NCBI GenBank assembly: GCA_951406725.2
Contig: OX597818.1
Span: forward strand, 117,242,001-117,306,000
DNA length: 64,000 nucleotides
Direction of reading: 5' to 3'
Source of the DNA: Octopus vulgaris
Taxonomy: Eukaryota
Made by a program: the position numbers and the translations under genes. The notes under the pieces are model-generated. The model had not been told where the DNA came from. It saw nothing but the letters and a program-made list of their open reading frames with translations, and searched no databases. Shown piece after piece: positions 38,490 through 53,683 of the stretch; the stretch's first letter is position 1; each line of letters begins with the position of its first letter.

Positions 38490-38614
38490 GACTGGGGAGA
38501 GTCATTTTCTTTTTGTGCCTTATAAGGTAACACACTCACCGGAACAATTTCCACTTATTTCTTATTTTTATTATCCTAAAATTTTCGTTGCGTCTTGCAA
38601 CCTTTTCAATAGTC
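38490..38614 (-). mobile_element. About 125-bp short element bounded by GACT...AGTC, with hammerhead-like motif
   Basis: Minus strand: cta ttgaaaa g gttgc aagac gcaac gaaa att t tag; boundaries partly from my recollection of a similar repeat. Confidence 0.5.
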
Positions 38615-39405
38615 TTTTGGTGATAGTATGCACATCATTTCATTGATATGTCAGTATATTTATGTGTGCACCTACATGCAAAATCCATTCTTCGGTTAGA
38701 AGAGTGCGAACCGCTTTTTAGCGACATTTTCATTAGCCTTCATATCTTATATCTTCATCTCAGATGGAATATTCTTCTATACCAAGAAAGAACAAAGATC
38801 CAGAGTATAAGCAATGATTAGGGTAAATTCTTCTATTGCCTTTCTATTTCTTTTCCTGCTGGAGATGGATCTAAAATATGTCGTTTAAATATAACCTAAA
38901 ATGAATTTATATCTTGCAAACCAAATCCCAAAACGAAATCCTTTTAAAATCTGACATCAATTAATACTTTCATGACTTGATAAGTTCATTCGCCTGGTTG
39001 GAGTGTAGCATTTATACCTATTACTGATTACAGTTCCAGTGACTGCCCCTGCGATTTTCTTGTTATCTCTGTCCTGTCCCACAAATTTACCTGATATATA
39101 AGACACTGTCCAATGTCATCATATTTGATGTTTGTTTCTTACGTTTTGTTGATCTCTTCGTATAACTTGATTCTGTATATTTCATTGTAATTGGGAAATT
39201 GCATGCGAGTCTTGCGGATGCATTTATATTTCAAAGCGCTGATATGATCCTAATTCTTATATGTCCGATGCCTGATTATATATATCGTTATATAGAATAA
39301 GCAGCAGGTGGCTGTGTCTTTTACAGTATGCAAATGGAGCTAAATATTGATATTTATTGTTAGGTCTAGCAATATGTTGAGAGTTTGGGCGTGTAGACTA
39401 ATATC

Positions 39406-39841
39406 TGCTTCTTTATTGCCCACAAGGGGCTAAACACTGGGAGGACAAACAAGGATAGACAAACGGATTAAGTCGATTATATCGATTCCAGTGCGTAACT
39501 GGTACTTATTTACTCGACACCGAAAGGATGAAAGGCAAAGTCGACCTCTGCGGAATTTGAACTCAGAACGTAACGGCAGACGAAATACCTATTTCTTTAC
39601 TACCCACAAGGGGCTAAACACAGAGGGGAAAAACAAGGACAAACAAAGGGATTAAGTCGATTATATCGACCCCAGTGCGTAACTGGTACTTATTTAATCG
39701 ACCCCGAAAGGATGAAAGGCAAAGTCGACCTCGGCGGAATTTGAACTCAGAACGTAACGGCAGACGAAATACAGCTACGCATTTCGCCCGGCGTGCTAAC
39801 GATTCTGCCAGTTCGCCGCCTGCTGCCAGCTCGCCGCCTCA
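39406..39841 (-). mobile_element. SINE family B dimer with duplicated 5' head and 14-bp TSD
   Basis: tgtagactaatatc (39392-39405) and tgtacactaatatc (39842-39855), one mismatch. Confidence 0.92.
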
Positions 39842-41379
39842 TGTACACTAATATCATTTAGCTGTTAGGTTAGGCAGAGTTCGTTATGTATCGAACGCAC
39901 GATATTGTGATATTTTTAAGTTCCCGGATATGTCTGCGGATGTTGTAAAAAAGAAGCTCTCATGCACGCGTACTCTTAAACTACAAAGCACTAAAGTACT
40001 CAGTAGAAATTACCCAGTAATAACAACAACAACACACTCTCAGGCAATTTAAACGATGTGTGTAAATTGAGAAAAAAAACAAGAAAAGCGAAACGTCAAA
40101 AAAATCAGGTTTTTGAAACCAGCAAGAGAAAAGCAGCAGAAGTCACTTTACGGATAAGATCACAGCTCGTGGCGAAAGAACATTAAAGCAGAAACTAAAA
40201 CAATAACCAATTACAAAAAAAAGACAAAAAAAACACTACAAAAGAACTAAATCAATAATTCAGTAAACGATTCATCAAAGAGTTGATTAGATTATTAGTT
40301 AATTGGTTGTCTAGTTGTCGGCTAATAAATGAAATTGCAGTTAGAGAGTGTAATTTTATTTGTAAAATGACATTACTAAAGTACATATGTGCTTGTGTAG
40401 ATGTGGTGGGCATGTGTAAGTGGGTGAGTGCGTGCGTGTGTGTGTCAGTTGCGCTTTATACATACACACGTATTTTTCGACACCAACTAATAATTAATTA
40501 GTCTATTTAAAAAGGAGAATTGTATGTGAATTTAGATATGAATCTTTTGATGAATAGTAATAACTTTATATTCTACTTGATCTTAAGAAAGTTTTCTTTA
40601 ACATGATCAAAGAATATCGATACGAACAAGTATATATTAAGTGAAGGTGAAATACATCTTTTGAAGCTATTATGAAAATTTAACCAGCCAGGAAGCGAAG
40701 CGTATATATATAGTAACGCTTATTGTTTTTTGTCTCCATCGTAATTTACTATATTTTGTAGTTCAACGTAGATTAAATATATATTGCAGTTAAAAATCAT
40801 CATAGATTTTTTCTTTCGGTTGCCCAACTACATTATCAAATATGTCGATGAGTGAATTTGTGGCAGATTTAGCTGTTATTTCACGTTTGTTTTATCTTTA
40901 ACTTCTTTCTTTTTGTTTTGTAGAAATAGTTCAGAAATTGTACTACAAATATAATGTTTGTTACAAACTTATAGCTGAAAGCTTACCTATCTGTCTTAAA
41001 ATTATATTATTATTGTATTAGTTACATTCTATGCATAATGGTCATTGTGTCATTATCTTCCTGGTAGTGTGTGGATACACCAACCGTATTAAGTTCTCAG
41101 ATAGAACGTTTAATAACGACCTGAAATAATGAGTGTAGCTGCATAGGATTTGGACATATGCCAACTTGGATGGCGTGTACTATTCCACAATTTACCACTT
41201 CTATCACCCATCCATCAAATGAGTAATATATGTATTTGCATATATTTGGTTTCCTATACCTGTTTCGCTAGCGTTGCGGATAGCGTTTTATGAAAAGGCA
41301 GGCAAAATTGAAAGGCTGCCAAAACTTTTAATTTTTTCTTAATTCATTAGGGGAACATCGGTTATATTGTGATAAAATT

Positions 41380-41752
41380 TTCCACAAGACTAGCAATTTC
41401 GGCAGAGAAATAAGTCGATTACATTGAACCCAGAGCTCAAATGGATGACAGGCAACGTTGACTTCGGCGGAAATTGAACTTAGAATATAAAGACAGACGA
41501 ACTGTCTTTAAGTAATTTGTCCGACGCGTCAGCTCGCCGCTTTAGTTTATATTGTAATAATCATTTCAAGTTTTGGCAAAAGAGCAGCGATTTCAGGGGG
41601 GTTGTACGTCGATGCTACTGACCAATTGGTACTTGTTTTATCGAACCCCAGAGGATGAAGGGCAGAACCGAACTCGGCGTAATATGAACTCACAATGTAA
41701 AAACTGACGATATAAGTGCTTTGCCCAGCGTGCTAACAATTCTGCCAGCTCA
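41380..41752 (-). mobile_element. Two old diverged SINE B copies
   Basis: cggcggaaattgaacttagaa..cagctcgccgc and cggcgtaatatgaactcacaa..gtgctaacaattctgccagctc. Confidence 0.75.
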
Positions 41753-42329
41753 TCGAATTAGGTTACGTTCTAATAATAATAATAATAATAATAAAAGGGA
41801 AACCAAATGAAGATTAAAAAAAAAAGAAAGAGAAGAAAGCAATAAGATTACACCGAAAATATTCTGTTTCGAAAAAAAATATTTATTCAGTTGATAACAA
41901 CAACAACAAGGAGAAAAACAAAGAAAAGAGATCTTTAATTGAAAAAAAAAAAAAGAATTCGACGCACGCGCATACATATGTTTCTCAGATTTTCATATAT
42001 ATCTTACAGGTATTTCATAAGGTATTTAAATGGACAATATAGTAATGATATTATTTTGTATCGTTTTCATATGATTCAGAAATTAAGCTTCGGGTAAATC
42101 ATGTCTACCTAAGAAATACATTCTTCTTGATTCCATGAAAATTTCATGAGAATGCGCAAGCAAATATATAACAATTTGACTTCTAAAATAGATGAGGTGT
42201 ATTAAAAAGCTATAGAATTTATATTAACATTAATAGTAGTATAAATGCTTATATATGATCGTGTGTGCGTGAGTGCGTGCGCGTAAGTAGAATTTTGCGA
42301 AATAATACACATATGTATATACATATATG

Positions 42330-42372
<43 letters not shown>

Positions 42373-42494
42373 TATACATATATACATAAATGCATATATA
42401 TATATATGCATATGTGTATGTATATATATATATATATATATAATATATATTTCTATATGTGTGTGTGTGTGTATATATATATCTCCATATATTC

Positions 42495-42533
<39 letters not shown>

Positions 42534-42589
42534 TATATAATATATATATATGTGTGTGTGTGTATATATATATATATCTATATATTCCG

Positions 42590-42677
<88 letters not shown>

Positions 42678-43668
42678 TCGTAAATTGTTTTAGCTAATTT
42701 GTTTATCCTGAAAATAAAAGTATTGAGAAATGTTATTCAAGAAAGAAAGCCAAATCATTTTGTTACACATTGTATGCGATTAAACATTGTACAGTTTTAA
42801 AATTCACGGAAGTAAATGATTATCGTTTGTATTCATTTGAATCGGGGAGAGACTTTCCATTCCCATGTACTTGTATGTATAAGCATGTATGTTTGTGTGT
42901 GTATGTGTGTGTGCTGTGTATGTGCATGTGTGAGTATTTATATATTTGTACATGTATGTATGGGGTTGTGCTTTACTTGTATACATTAATTTACCACTTC
43001 AAAGGGAGGCTTTCGAAGAACAGCTTCATATTCAGTGCCAGAACACGTGAGAAAATACAGTTGATATATAAATGTTTTTTTTTAAATGCTCTTAGTTTTT
43101 TCTACTTGCTTTGACAGAAATTGCCAATAAAATTGCGTATGTCTTAAAAACTTGCAATGTCTTACATTGCATATGTCTTAAAAACTTTTTCAGTTTCTGT
43201 AATTTTCTAGTATTGTTTGAAGGTCCCAGTTACTTGATGTTTTCTTACAATTGTGGATTATTTTAAAGTATGTAACACAAAATTAACCAGCTTCGATTAC
43301 GACAGCCACCAACGGAACAACCGGTCCATTTCACTTAGAGCGTTATTGTGAGACTATATCACAGGCATTTCTACAATCTAACATAATTTAACCAGCATTT
43401 GGAGCGTCTGTAGCAATACAGATCGGCTGTATTGAAAGTACAGCCAGTCCGACGGGATCCCACACTTTCTCTGCCAACGCACAATTACCAAGTTTGTGTC
43501 GACACGAAACAGTGTTTAATACACCAAGATATCGAACAGCGATATCACACCCACTAACTCAAGAGTGCAAAGCGATATTATTACTGACATGCTTGTGTCT
43601 GTCCTGTATACATATATATGTGTATGAATGTACGTATCTACACACAAACTCGTACACACACACACACA

Positions 43669-43719
<51 letters not shown>

Positions 43720-43935
43720 GCATATAGATTCAAACACAAATACACATCCAAGCTTTGGTATATAGTAATTTATAACTGCTATCTTCAATTGTGACTCTAT
43801 CATCGCTATAGTGCGATCGTCAGGCTTTCCCTTGCTGTTGTCGCCTGGCTCAAACTTAGTACACGAGAAAGCAATTAATGATAAATACCAACATACATAT
43901 ATATATATATATACATACACACATACATCTATATA

Positions 43936-43990
<55 letters not shown>

Positions 43991-44279
43991 GTATATATAT
44001 ACACCCATATGTATGTAGGTGTATATATATATATATATATACCCAAACGGTTACACGCGTACGTGCATATAAACAAATATTTACACATTCACCTAAGGAC
44101 TTATCCTCTTCAATATTTTTCTCCATGCCAATTTTTCTATCTCCAAAATATGTATCCATGTAAATCTTACCATTATATAAACGGTGATTGTGTCTCCACA
44201 AATGCATGTTTGCCTATTTACTCTTGATAAATTATAATATATACATGCCTATATTTAAAAGCTATTTGTATTTACAATT

Positions 44280-44324
<45 letters not shown>

Positions 44325-45180
44325 ATGTAAGAAGTACGTAGGGCAAAGCATTTGCTTAGACAGCGTCAAATTTTATTGTTTGTTAACGTACAGAATGAAA
44401 TAATTATATCATTTTATATATATATGCATGCATACAAGAATACATTATTTATATTTGTATATACATATGTCTCAATAATTTTGCTGAAAATACAGACACG
44501 ATCCAACATAGTTGTAACATAGCTTATACACAACGTCATGTCAAATGTTATACTCACACACAAATACACAGACACACACACACTATATATATACACACAT
44601 TTCTACATTCCCGTAAACTTTTGAATTTATATTACACGTATGTGCTTATATATATATATTTATATATATATATATGTATGTATATATATATGTATATATA
44701 TATGTATATATATATATGTATATATATGTGCATATATATAGATGTAGGTATATATATGCATAAGTATACATATATATGTATATAGACATAAACATATATA
44801 TATATATATATATATATTCCATGTAAAATTTTAAATAAATTATCAATGTATATATTCAAAATTTATTAGGGGTTTGGGATGTGGGTATTTAAAAATGAGT
44901 TTCAGTAACATAGTTGATGGAAATTATAATAGGTGGGAAAGAAACTATTGAGGCAACAAAAGATTTAACGCCATAAACTTCCATTATCACCTTGCTATTA
45001 CAAAAAATAAAAGAAAAACCCCACTAAAGGTTGACGACACATAACATTTAAACGACACATAACATTGAATTATCATTTCTATTATATTTATTATTATTAT
45101 TATTATTGTTATTATTATTATTATCATTATTATTATTGCTGTTGTTATTATTATTATTATTATCATTGTTGTTGTTGTTG

Positions 45181-45224
<44 letters not shown>

Positions 45225-45420
45225 TCATTATTGTTGTTGTTACAGTAATCCCCTTTACTATCTGATTTTCATTTTCTCCCTTCAGTTTGTTTTAGCTACT
45301 GGTCTTTTGTATTTATTTTTTCATTTTGTTCATGTTTTTGTTGCTGTTAGTGCTACTCGCATTGTTTTTGCTGTTGTTGGTATTATCATGAATTTATGAA
45401 TGTCATTTCACCAGCTTCTG

Positions 45421-45469
<49 letters not shown>

Positions 45470-45490
45470 TATATACATATATATATATAC

Positions 45491-45550
<60 letters not shown>

Positions 45551-46587
45551 ATATATTTGGTTAAGTTAATGTTTAGTAATGTTTGAACTGACGCATATAA
45601 TACAAGATACAATGATTTCTTTCGGTTTTATTTTCAATTTGAATAGATGGTGGCTAGCAACGACTAATATAATGATAACGATATCGGCAGAATCTAAATA
45701 TTACATAATACTAAATACTAAATTAGTAATATAGCCACAGTCTGTTGCTCCACTGGCAACATATTTTCAGCAATTGACATTATTTCCAAAGAGGCTTGCG
45801 TCGTTACAAATTCAACGCATTGAGCAAAATTAGTTTCAATTCACTAAAATCATCGTCGCTATGATTATATAAAACAGGCTAGAAGACGAATGCTAATCAC
45901 ATTTGTTGAAGGCAAAGGAGAGAGATATGAAAGACAATTACTATCATAAATTCACTAAACAGATGAAGATGTTTGTGCGAGCACTCACTATTTTATGTGA
46001 ATCTTGGTTATTACAGTATCAACAGTAACGTGATTTATTGTTATCAGGTTTTCTCAGCAAAGCGAAGATTTTCAATAATTGCCATAACTAGGAATAATGG
46101 TTTAAAACATAGTTATATACGAAGCATGCGTTTTGGGGTGAGATTTTAGAAGAGATTCCTAGGTATATAACCCATTTTTAACACATTACATGAGACACTG
46201 AATTCAGTGGTGTTTGCAAAATCACAACTTGTAACTTAATTTCAGATTCTTCTAAGTTTTAAAGTAATATTTCAAGTAATACTTGATATATTAGTTAGAA
46301 AAGGAATTTGTTTTAACTTAGCCTGTCTTCGTCGATCGCTCCGAAACTTCATTATTAGCGAAAGAATTTAAGCTTCTATCTCTCGGCGTCCTATCACGCA
46401 TGTGACACCTCGAAGCAGCTTGCAATATTGAACAATCCTAGAACTGCTGTCAATTCTCATTCATGTAATTATGTCTTCGCTGCACCCATATTCTTGAAGA
46501 CACTATGTGCATGGATATACATTTAGTACATCCATATATGCATATGTGCGCGTGTATATATCATTATATTATACATAGAAAGATAGG

Positions 46588-46621
<34 letters not shown>

Positions 46622-47859
46622 TAGATACACACACATTGTTATATATTGTTACATTTACGTCTATATAAATAATGTAGAGTATATACCTCTCATAAATACA
46701 TGCTAAGGTTAAATGACATATTTTTATATTTTCTCTCCCTGTTTCTCTGTCTGTCGCACCGTCTGTCTGTCTCTCTTTCTCTTTCTCTTCGACTTTCTAG
46801 CTTTTGTATTAATTCATTTAATAATCCATTTTTCACATTTAAACGATATTTTCAATGAAATTAAACCTAATTTCTATATTATTATCATATACTAGTCCTT
46901 GTGCAAATTTGTTTCAGATATTGAATATGATAAACAATAATAATTGTTTAGTAAATAAATTCTTTGTTAGAAAGTAAATAAACACTTCGTTTTGCCCTGT
47001 ACCAAAACTGCAATGACTTGTATTTACTCTGTTACGTATCGTAAATATTATATTTGTACTCAGTGAAAACCGTCTCAAAACACCAACCCCCAAAACAATG
47101 ATTACTACGTTGTTATCTCTCCTATAGTTTGATTGTCAGAACAAGTGAACTTAAATGATTTTATGTTTAGAACAGATGACAAAATGCTTTTTTAAATAGA
47201 GAGTAATAAATCGTTTATTCTCTTGCATTTAATTTAATTTTATTTATATTCTTTATTCATATATGCAATTGATTCTGTATGGGCGCATTTCGACGTATAT
47301 TTCACTGAGTTAAATATTTCATGTTCATCCAGCCGAAAGCTTTCGTCTTACGCAAATAATGTTATCGCATTTTCATGGTAAAATATGTTAATTCGAAGAA
47401 CATATCTACAATCAAAAAGAAAATATAATGAATAGAATACTATTCTGAAATAGGCTCTTTCTAATTGAATTTTGAACGTAGAATATATTGATCAGAAATC
47501 GATTTCCGGTAAATATATTATTATATTATCAAATCAGATATCTAAATTCATCCATGAAAGGCACCTAATATTTCGAGCCGTACACCAGAAACATGAACAA
47601 AAATTGAAATTAGTATAGCAGAATTGATGAAATTATAGAATGGTAGCAAGTAAAAATCATACTCAGAATTAAATATAGAAAAATGCTCCATAATGCTAAA
47701 CGGAACTGAGGACTATGTCTAGAAATTTAAAAGTTGTTGCTTTTTCAGAGTGTTACTGTTTTAGTCATATCCTTCCTAGGAATACGAAACGAAATTAATT
47801 ATTAGATGATTTAAGGATAAAGGAGTCATATAGACACGTAACGCTGGTTATGAGTCATA

Positions 47860-48103
47860 AGACTTCTCGGGTCATATAGACACATAAGGGCCGGTTTCTC
47901 GCTTTCCATGGCATTTATATTCCCAATCTGCACGAGACGCCGGTCCATCGCAGTATTACACATTTTTGCCAGTTGTGTGGACGGGAGCAACGTGAAATGA
48001 AGTGTTTTCCTCAAGAACACAACGCGTCGCCCGGTCCAGGAATAGAGACCACAATTCTACGATCATGGGCCCAACACCCTAACCACTAATCTCCGCACGT
48101 CCA
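47860..48103 (-). mobile_element. SINE family C copy with a third tail type
   Basis: Reverse complement has ttagtggttagggtgttgg..attcctggaccgggcgacgcgttgtgttcttgaggaaaacacttcatttcacgttgctcc. Confidence 0.8.
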
Positions 48104-48453
48104 CATTAAATAATTCAACGTGGAGCAATTGAAGTCATGCGTTAAATCACGTGTATTGTGTGTACAATTATTTATAAAACAAAATGATGAATGATTATAA
48201 GACCCAACAACAATATTCAACTAAATAGTTGGAGATAACTTCGCCACAGCTTAAATATTCACTGCATTGTGGCGAGATATTTGCAAAGGTTTCTGTAAAA
48301 AAATAACGATGCGTTTTGTAAATAATAAATGTATCTCAAGAATAAGGTATTTCTCGGTATGTAAATATATTTGGATTACTACGGAGCAAATTGCTAACCT
48401 TCTGGTCCAAGTCGTGTTCTATGTATACCTCTTTAGTAATATATACTTATATA

Positions 48454-48520
<67 letters not shown>

Positions 48521-48904
48521 TTAACAGTTTATAATGAATTTGCCAACACTGAAACAAGATGTAGCTGGGTTTGCATATGTTCCAGTTTAGAGTTATTTAT
48601 AATTTGATTCGAATCTAGCATTATTTGGCCGTGGATGTACGTGTAAAATGTGGTATATCGTAAAAGGAACACGTTACACCTATTTAAAGACAATATATTG
48701 CTAATCCTATTATCTTAATCGTGGATTAAGAAATGCTACTGTCGATTCACATGGAAATAGTTATCTTCGCCTTTAATCATAACTAATAACATTAAAACGT
48801 TGTACGTCCTTTAAAAAATCTAAAATTATTATTGTTATTATTATTATTATTATTGGCAAATCTATTCTTACATTGTATATGAACGCACAGATACAAATAC
48901 ATAA

Positions 48905-48960
<56 letters not shown>

Positions 48961-51317
48961 ACATATACACAGAAATGTGAATATATTTGTGATATACGTA
49001 TGTGTGCATGTATAATTAAATGATTGTAGTGAATGAAAATTTAGTGGTTTGAGACACAGAGAATTTGCATAAATGCCCTCTTAGTCATGTCATAAATGTT
49101 CATGGAACGGAGCGTTGATTTATTATACAACATATCTAGAAAAATACTTATTTAATGAGAAAATGTGAGCCCTATTGTTTGAAAATTTCACATGAAGACC
49201 TCCTCCTCATCGTCTTTACATCACATGTCACATTCATCATGATCGTTATCATCATGATCTTGATCATTATCATTCTTATCATCATCATCATCATCATCAT
49301 TGTCATGTTCGTCGTGGTCATCATCGTTGTCGTCGTCGTGGCCATCGTCATCGTCATCATTATCATCATATTTGTTTCCTCTTTCTCTTGATATTGCCAT
49401 ACGAGGCTTTACAGAGAGGAACATCCAAGATTTTTGCAGATACAGGGAGGAAAGGCCACACCAGTACTTGAGTGGTTATTTAATTTATCGATCACGGAAT
49501 GATGCAAAGCTAGTTTGATCTCAGCGAGATTGCAGCTGAAAACGTAATTCGGGCGGAGTAAATACTGCGATTCTGACAGTTCAATGTTTAAGCATAGAAA
49601 AGAACTAACGTTGCGTAAAAATTAATAATACTCATTATAATTCCAATTATTGTTGCTGTTGTTGTTGTTAATGTTATTCGATCTTTGAGTTTTGCTTACA
49701 AGTTTCTTGATGTCAAATCGTGTGTTAAATCAAATCTTGTTATATCTTGGGGAAATCATTACACGAATAATAATAAGCACACGCACCGGATTTATTTCAC
49801 TTCGCTATTGTTAGTTAATATATTAGTTATCTTAACAACCAAATCATCTATCGCTTTTTTAATCTGTTAGTTAAACAATCACTCAGTTGGTTAAACAATC
49901 AACCTGGTCGTCCTCATCTGCGATATCTCTTCTCTGCTCGATATCTGATTCAAGTCTGTATGAAAATTACTCCTTAGTTTTTCTACATATACAGCTGTGG
50001 TCTCTTTCAAGAGAAGGGAATTGAGAGAATTAAGGACGTGCATGTGTCTGTGAGTATGTGTGTGTATGTGACACGAGTACGTGTCCAAATGTGTGTGCGC
50101 GCTCGCTCAACTGACTGCATGTATGCGTATGCGTGTGCGTTGATCATATATGACCACTTTAGTGATTTGTTCCCTCTATTCCAGGTCAAATCAGCTTCAA
50201 ATCTGCCTATCAACCCGTAAATATTTAAGGATACATTGTAGTTCGTTATGTAAATGGACTTTCAAAAACAAATGATTGAGTGCTTAACCAACTAATTATA
50301 CAAATAATCGCTTAATTGCGTAGATAAGTAACCAACTGGGTAGCAGTAAAAATGTGAATTTGACTCACTTCGTGTGTATATTTTTATTGGCGTAATGCTC
50401 CCCCCAGTATACAAAGAGATTATTATTAGTTAATTAGAACCCTTTCAGTTTAACAACCAGAATTATATATCATGTTAAAATATTCTCAACATCAATAAAA
50501 CATATATTTAAGATTTGATAAATGGATATCTTTATAGTCCCATACTCTACAAAATAAAATCGTTCACAGATAAATATAACTGCTTTAATTTGTCTTAATT
50601 ACTTGGTGAAACATGATATTCAAGAAACAACTAACATTACTGAAATAACTGGTCAAATAAGATATAAACTGACATTGTTATGTGGAATAATTACTGTTAA
50701 AAGTAAGGATGTGATAAAGGTGACAAAAAGCCATAATGGAAACGCACATTTCATGATGTAACTTTAAAAATATATCAAGAAGCATTTAGTTTTTAAATCG
50801 TTATTTACTCAAAATTGTAATGGAGTAACTTTGATATTTCAATGTTTTAAACGGTTTTTGTGAAACGGTAGAAGACAGGTTAATATATTTTAACAAGCGC
50901 GTAGCACACACGATTGAAATGAAGGAAGTGTTGGACTTACGATACTTAACGTGAATGATGATGCAGTATGGAGACACGAAAAATTATACGATTTAAAACA
51001 TTACAATAAATATGTATAACATTTAACATATAATTATTTCTACGTTCGAAAACATGCAACTATATATTCAGAGTTAGAGTGTTATACTTCATCAATAAAC
51101 ATATTCTCAGTTCTCAACATGTATAATGTATATATAGAACGTATGTGTAATTTGAGTTTACATTTCATTGTCAATCCCTTCATAGTTAACGTTATATAAA
51201 CTTGAGCTTTTCTTGTAAACTTTCAGAATGCTTCATTTTCATTCATTAGAAAAACACAAAGGCGATCAATAGGGAAATACAGATATATAACGCACTAAAA
51301 TATGCATTTCCCTCTTG

Positions 51318-51410
<93 letters not shown>

Positions 51411-52167
51411 GTACACACACATACACATATACGTGTGTGTGCATATGAATAATTCTATGCATCTCTGTCTATATTTGCATATCTATATCTATATTTATAT
51501 CTACCTATATATCTATCTATCTATCTATCTATGTGATTTTATGCATGGCTATGATTAAGTAAGTGTTTTGTTGGAACTCTTTGCTTCGATTTTATGCCTT
51601 ACAATGAAACAGATGAAGCAAATATTTGTATCTTAATATTTCCGTAATAACAACAGCAACAGCAATAAAAATAATAATACTAGTAATAATATTTTAATTA
51701 TTCGCATAATAATAGCCAATTTTGTTGTTTAGCAGTGAGCTAAAAGCTTACTTCGTAATTATACCGACAAAACAGTTGAACTACACCATATGGAGCGGAT
51801 ACGATAGGAAGTTCTAAACCAGATCAATACTAATTGTTACATTTGGAGCGACGCAAACATTCCTGGAATGATATCGTCAAATTAACTTCAAGTAACTACG
51901 GGGATTTTAGGAAAAAATTTCTTTATGAAAGAGAAAACGAAGGCATTGTTAGGACACTCACGTGATGTATGTTGGCACTGACCATTTTGTTTTTCACAAT
52001 CATTTGGTAACAGAGTATTCTCTTTAATTCGAGCAAGCTTGTTACTCCTCACACTTTTTGCGTGTTTACCGTTCAATATTTACATTACTATTTAAACATT
52101 CTGCATACATATTCTCGAAGTATACTAATTCTTGTTTGAAGTCAAGAAATGCCTGATATATTCCTCA

Positions 52168-52238
<71 letters not shown>

Positions 52239-52239
52239 C

Positions 52240-52314
<75 letters not shown>

Positions 52315-52441
52315 GGGAATGCATACAATGCCCTTCTCTGCCCGAGGTGTATGGAAAACACTCGGCTAGAAGCGGAAGAAAATTTGAAGAAGAAAAAACA
52401 TAATAATAATAATAATAACCATAATACTAATAATAATAGTG

Positions 52442-52473
<32 letters not shown>

Positions 52474-52540
52474 ATTGATAATGATAATAATAATAATGAT
52501 AATGATAATATTGATAATGATAATAATAATAAACTAATGA

Positions 52541-52601
<61 letters not shown>

Positions 52602-52966
52602 TAATATTATTATTTTTATTATTATTATTATTATCATCATTATTATTATTTTTATAAAAGCACTGTCGCTGTGAATTTTCGTTCCATTTCCCTTCTTTTT
52701 TATTTGTTTACTTTCCTATTTTTTTCTTTTTCTCTCTGTCTTCCTCTTTTGCTGTGTCACATTATTCTGTAAATGAACAATGCGGTGTGCTTGTTTTAAT
52801 GGCCTACCAATATATACGATGCGTTTCTCTGCCCTAGGTGTCAGGAAGACACTCGGAAAGAAATGGGAAACAGAATGGAAAGAAGATGCTAATGAAAATA
52901 ATAATAATACTAATGATAATAATGATGATGATGATGATGATGATGACGATGATGATGGTGATGATG

Positions 52967-53025
<59 letters not shown>

Positions 53026-53044
53026 CAATAACAACAATATCGGT

Positions 53045-53256
53045 CTCAAAAATAAATATCTTAATAGATGTCCCAAAAATTTGGCATTTAAGAGCGAAAC
53101 TGTACCTGTCATCATGGATTTGTGTGGAAATGAGTTACAAGTAAATATCATTCAGAAACGCCATGGCCAAAATTTATGTAATTCCAAAGTATTAGAACTA
53201 CAAAAATTGTTCTCGTGTGTACTTGCCAAGTCCTAAGAAAAACACTCCCAATTTAA
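53045..53256 (+). pseudogene. R4/Dong-like RLE C-terminal fragment directly after (TAA)n
   Basis: IDVPKIWHL, KSETVPVIM, ELQK, IVLVCTCQVLRKTLPI* across frameshifts; parallels LWKV..CISIAI..LQKIVLLRTARMLRRVLGI* of the 9398 element. Confidence 0.75.
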
Positions 53257-53439
53257 GAATTCGTGTTTCTCATAAAACTCTTGCAAAGCCGAAATATTAC
53301 AAATTTAACAGAATCTTAGTTTTCAGAATCTTATGTTCTTTTCCTACAATATAACATGGTCAATCATCAATTGTACTCATTCTGGAACAGCCCCGCATAA
53401 CACAAACAACAACAACAACGGAAATAAAAATCTTTTTTT

Positions 53440-53648
53440 CACATTTTCCCACAAGGCCAGCATCACTAGGAAAAGGGGATAGTTGATTACATCAATCGCA
53501 TTTCTTGAATATTATTTTATTTTATCGATCTCGAAAGGATGAAAACCAAAGTAGACCATGGGCTCATTAGAATTCAGTACATAATCGGGAGCTGGAAGAA
53601 ATAGCTCTGAGTATCTTCCGATGCATTCAGGATTCTGCCAGCTCACCA
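53440..53648 (-). mobile_element. Old diverged SINE B copy
   Basis: ttatcgatctcgaaaggatgaaa..aaagtagacc..gattctgccagctcacc. Confidence 0.65.
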
Positions 53649-53650
53649 AC

Positions 53651-53683
<33 letters not shown>

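Noticed and set aside
37900-39390. Possible very old LINE on the minus strand
   Set aside because: Only vague motif echoes; too decayed to assign by eye
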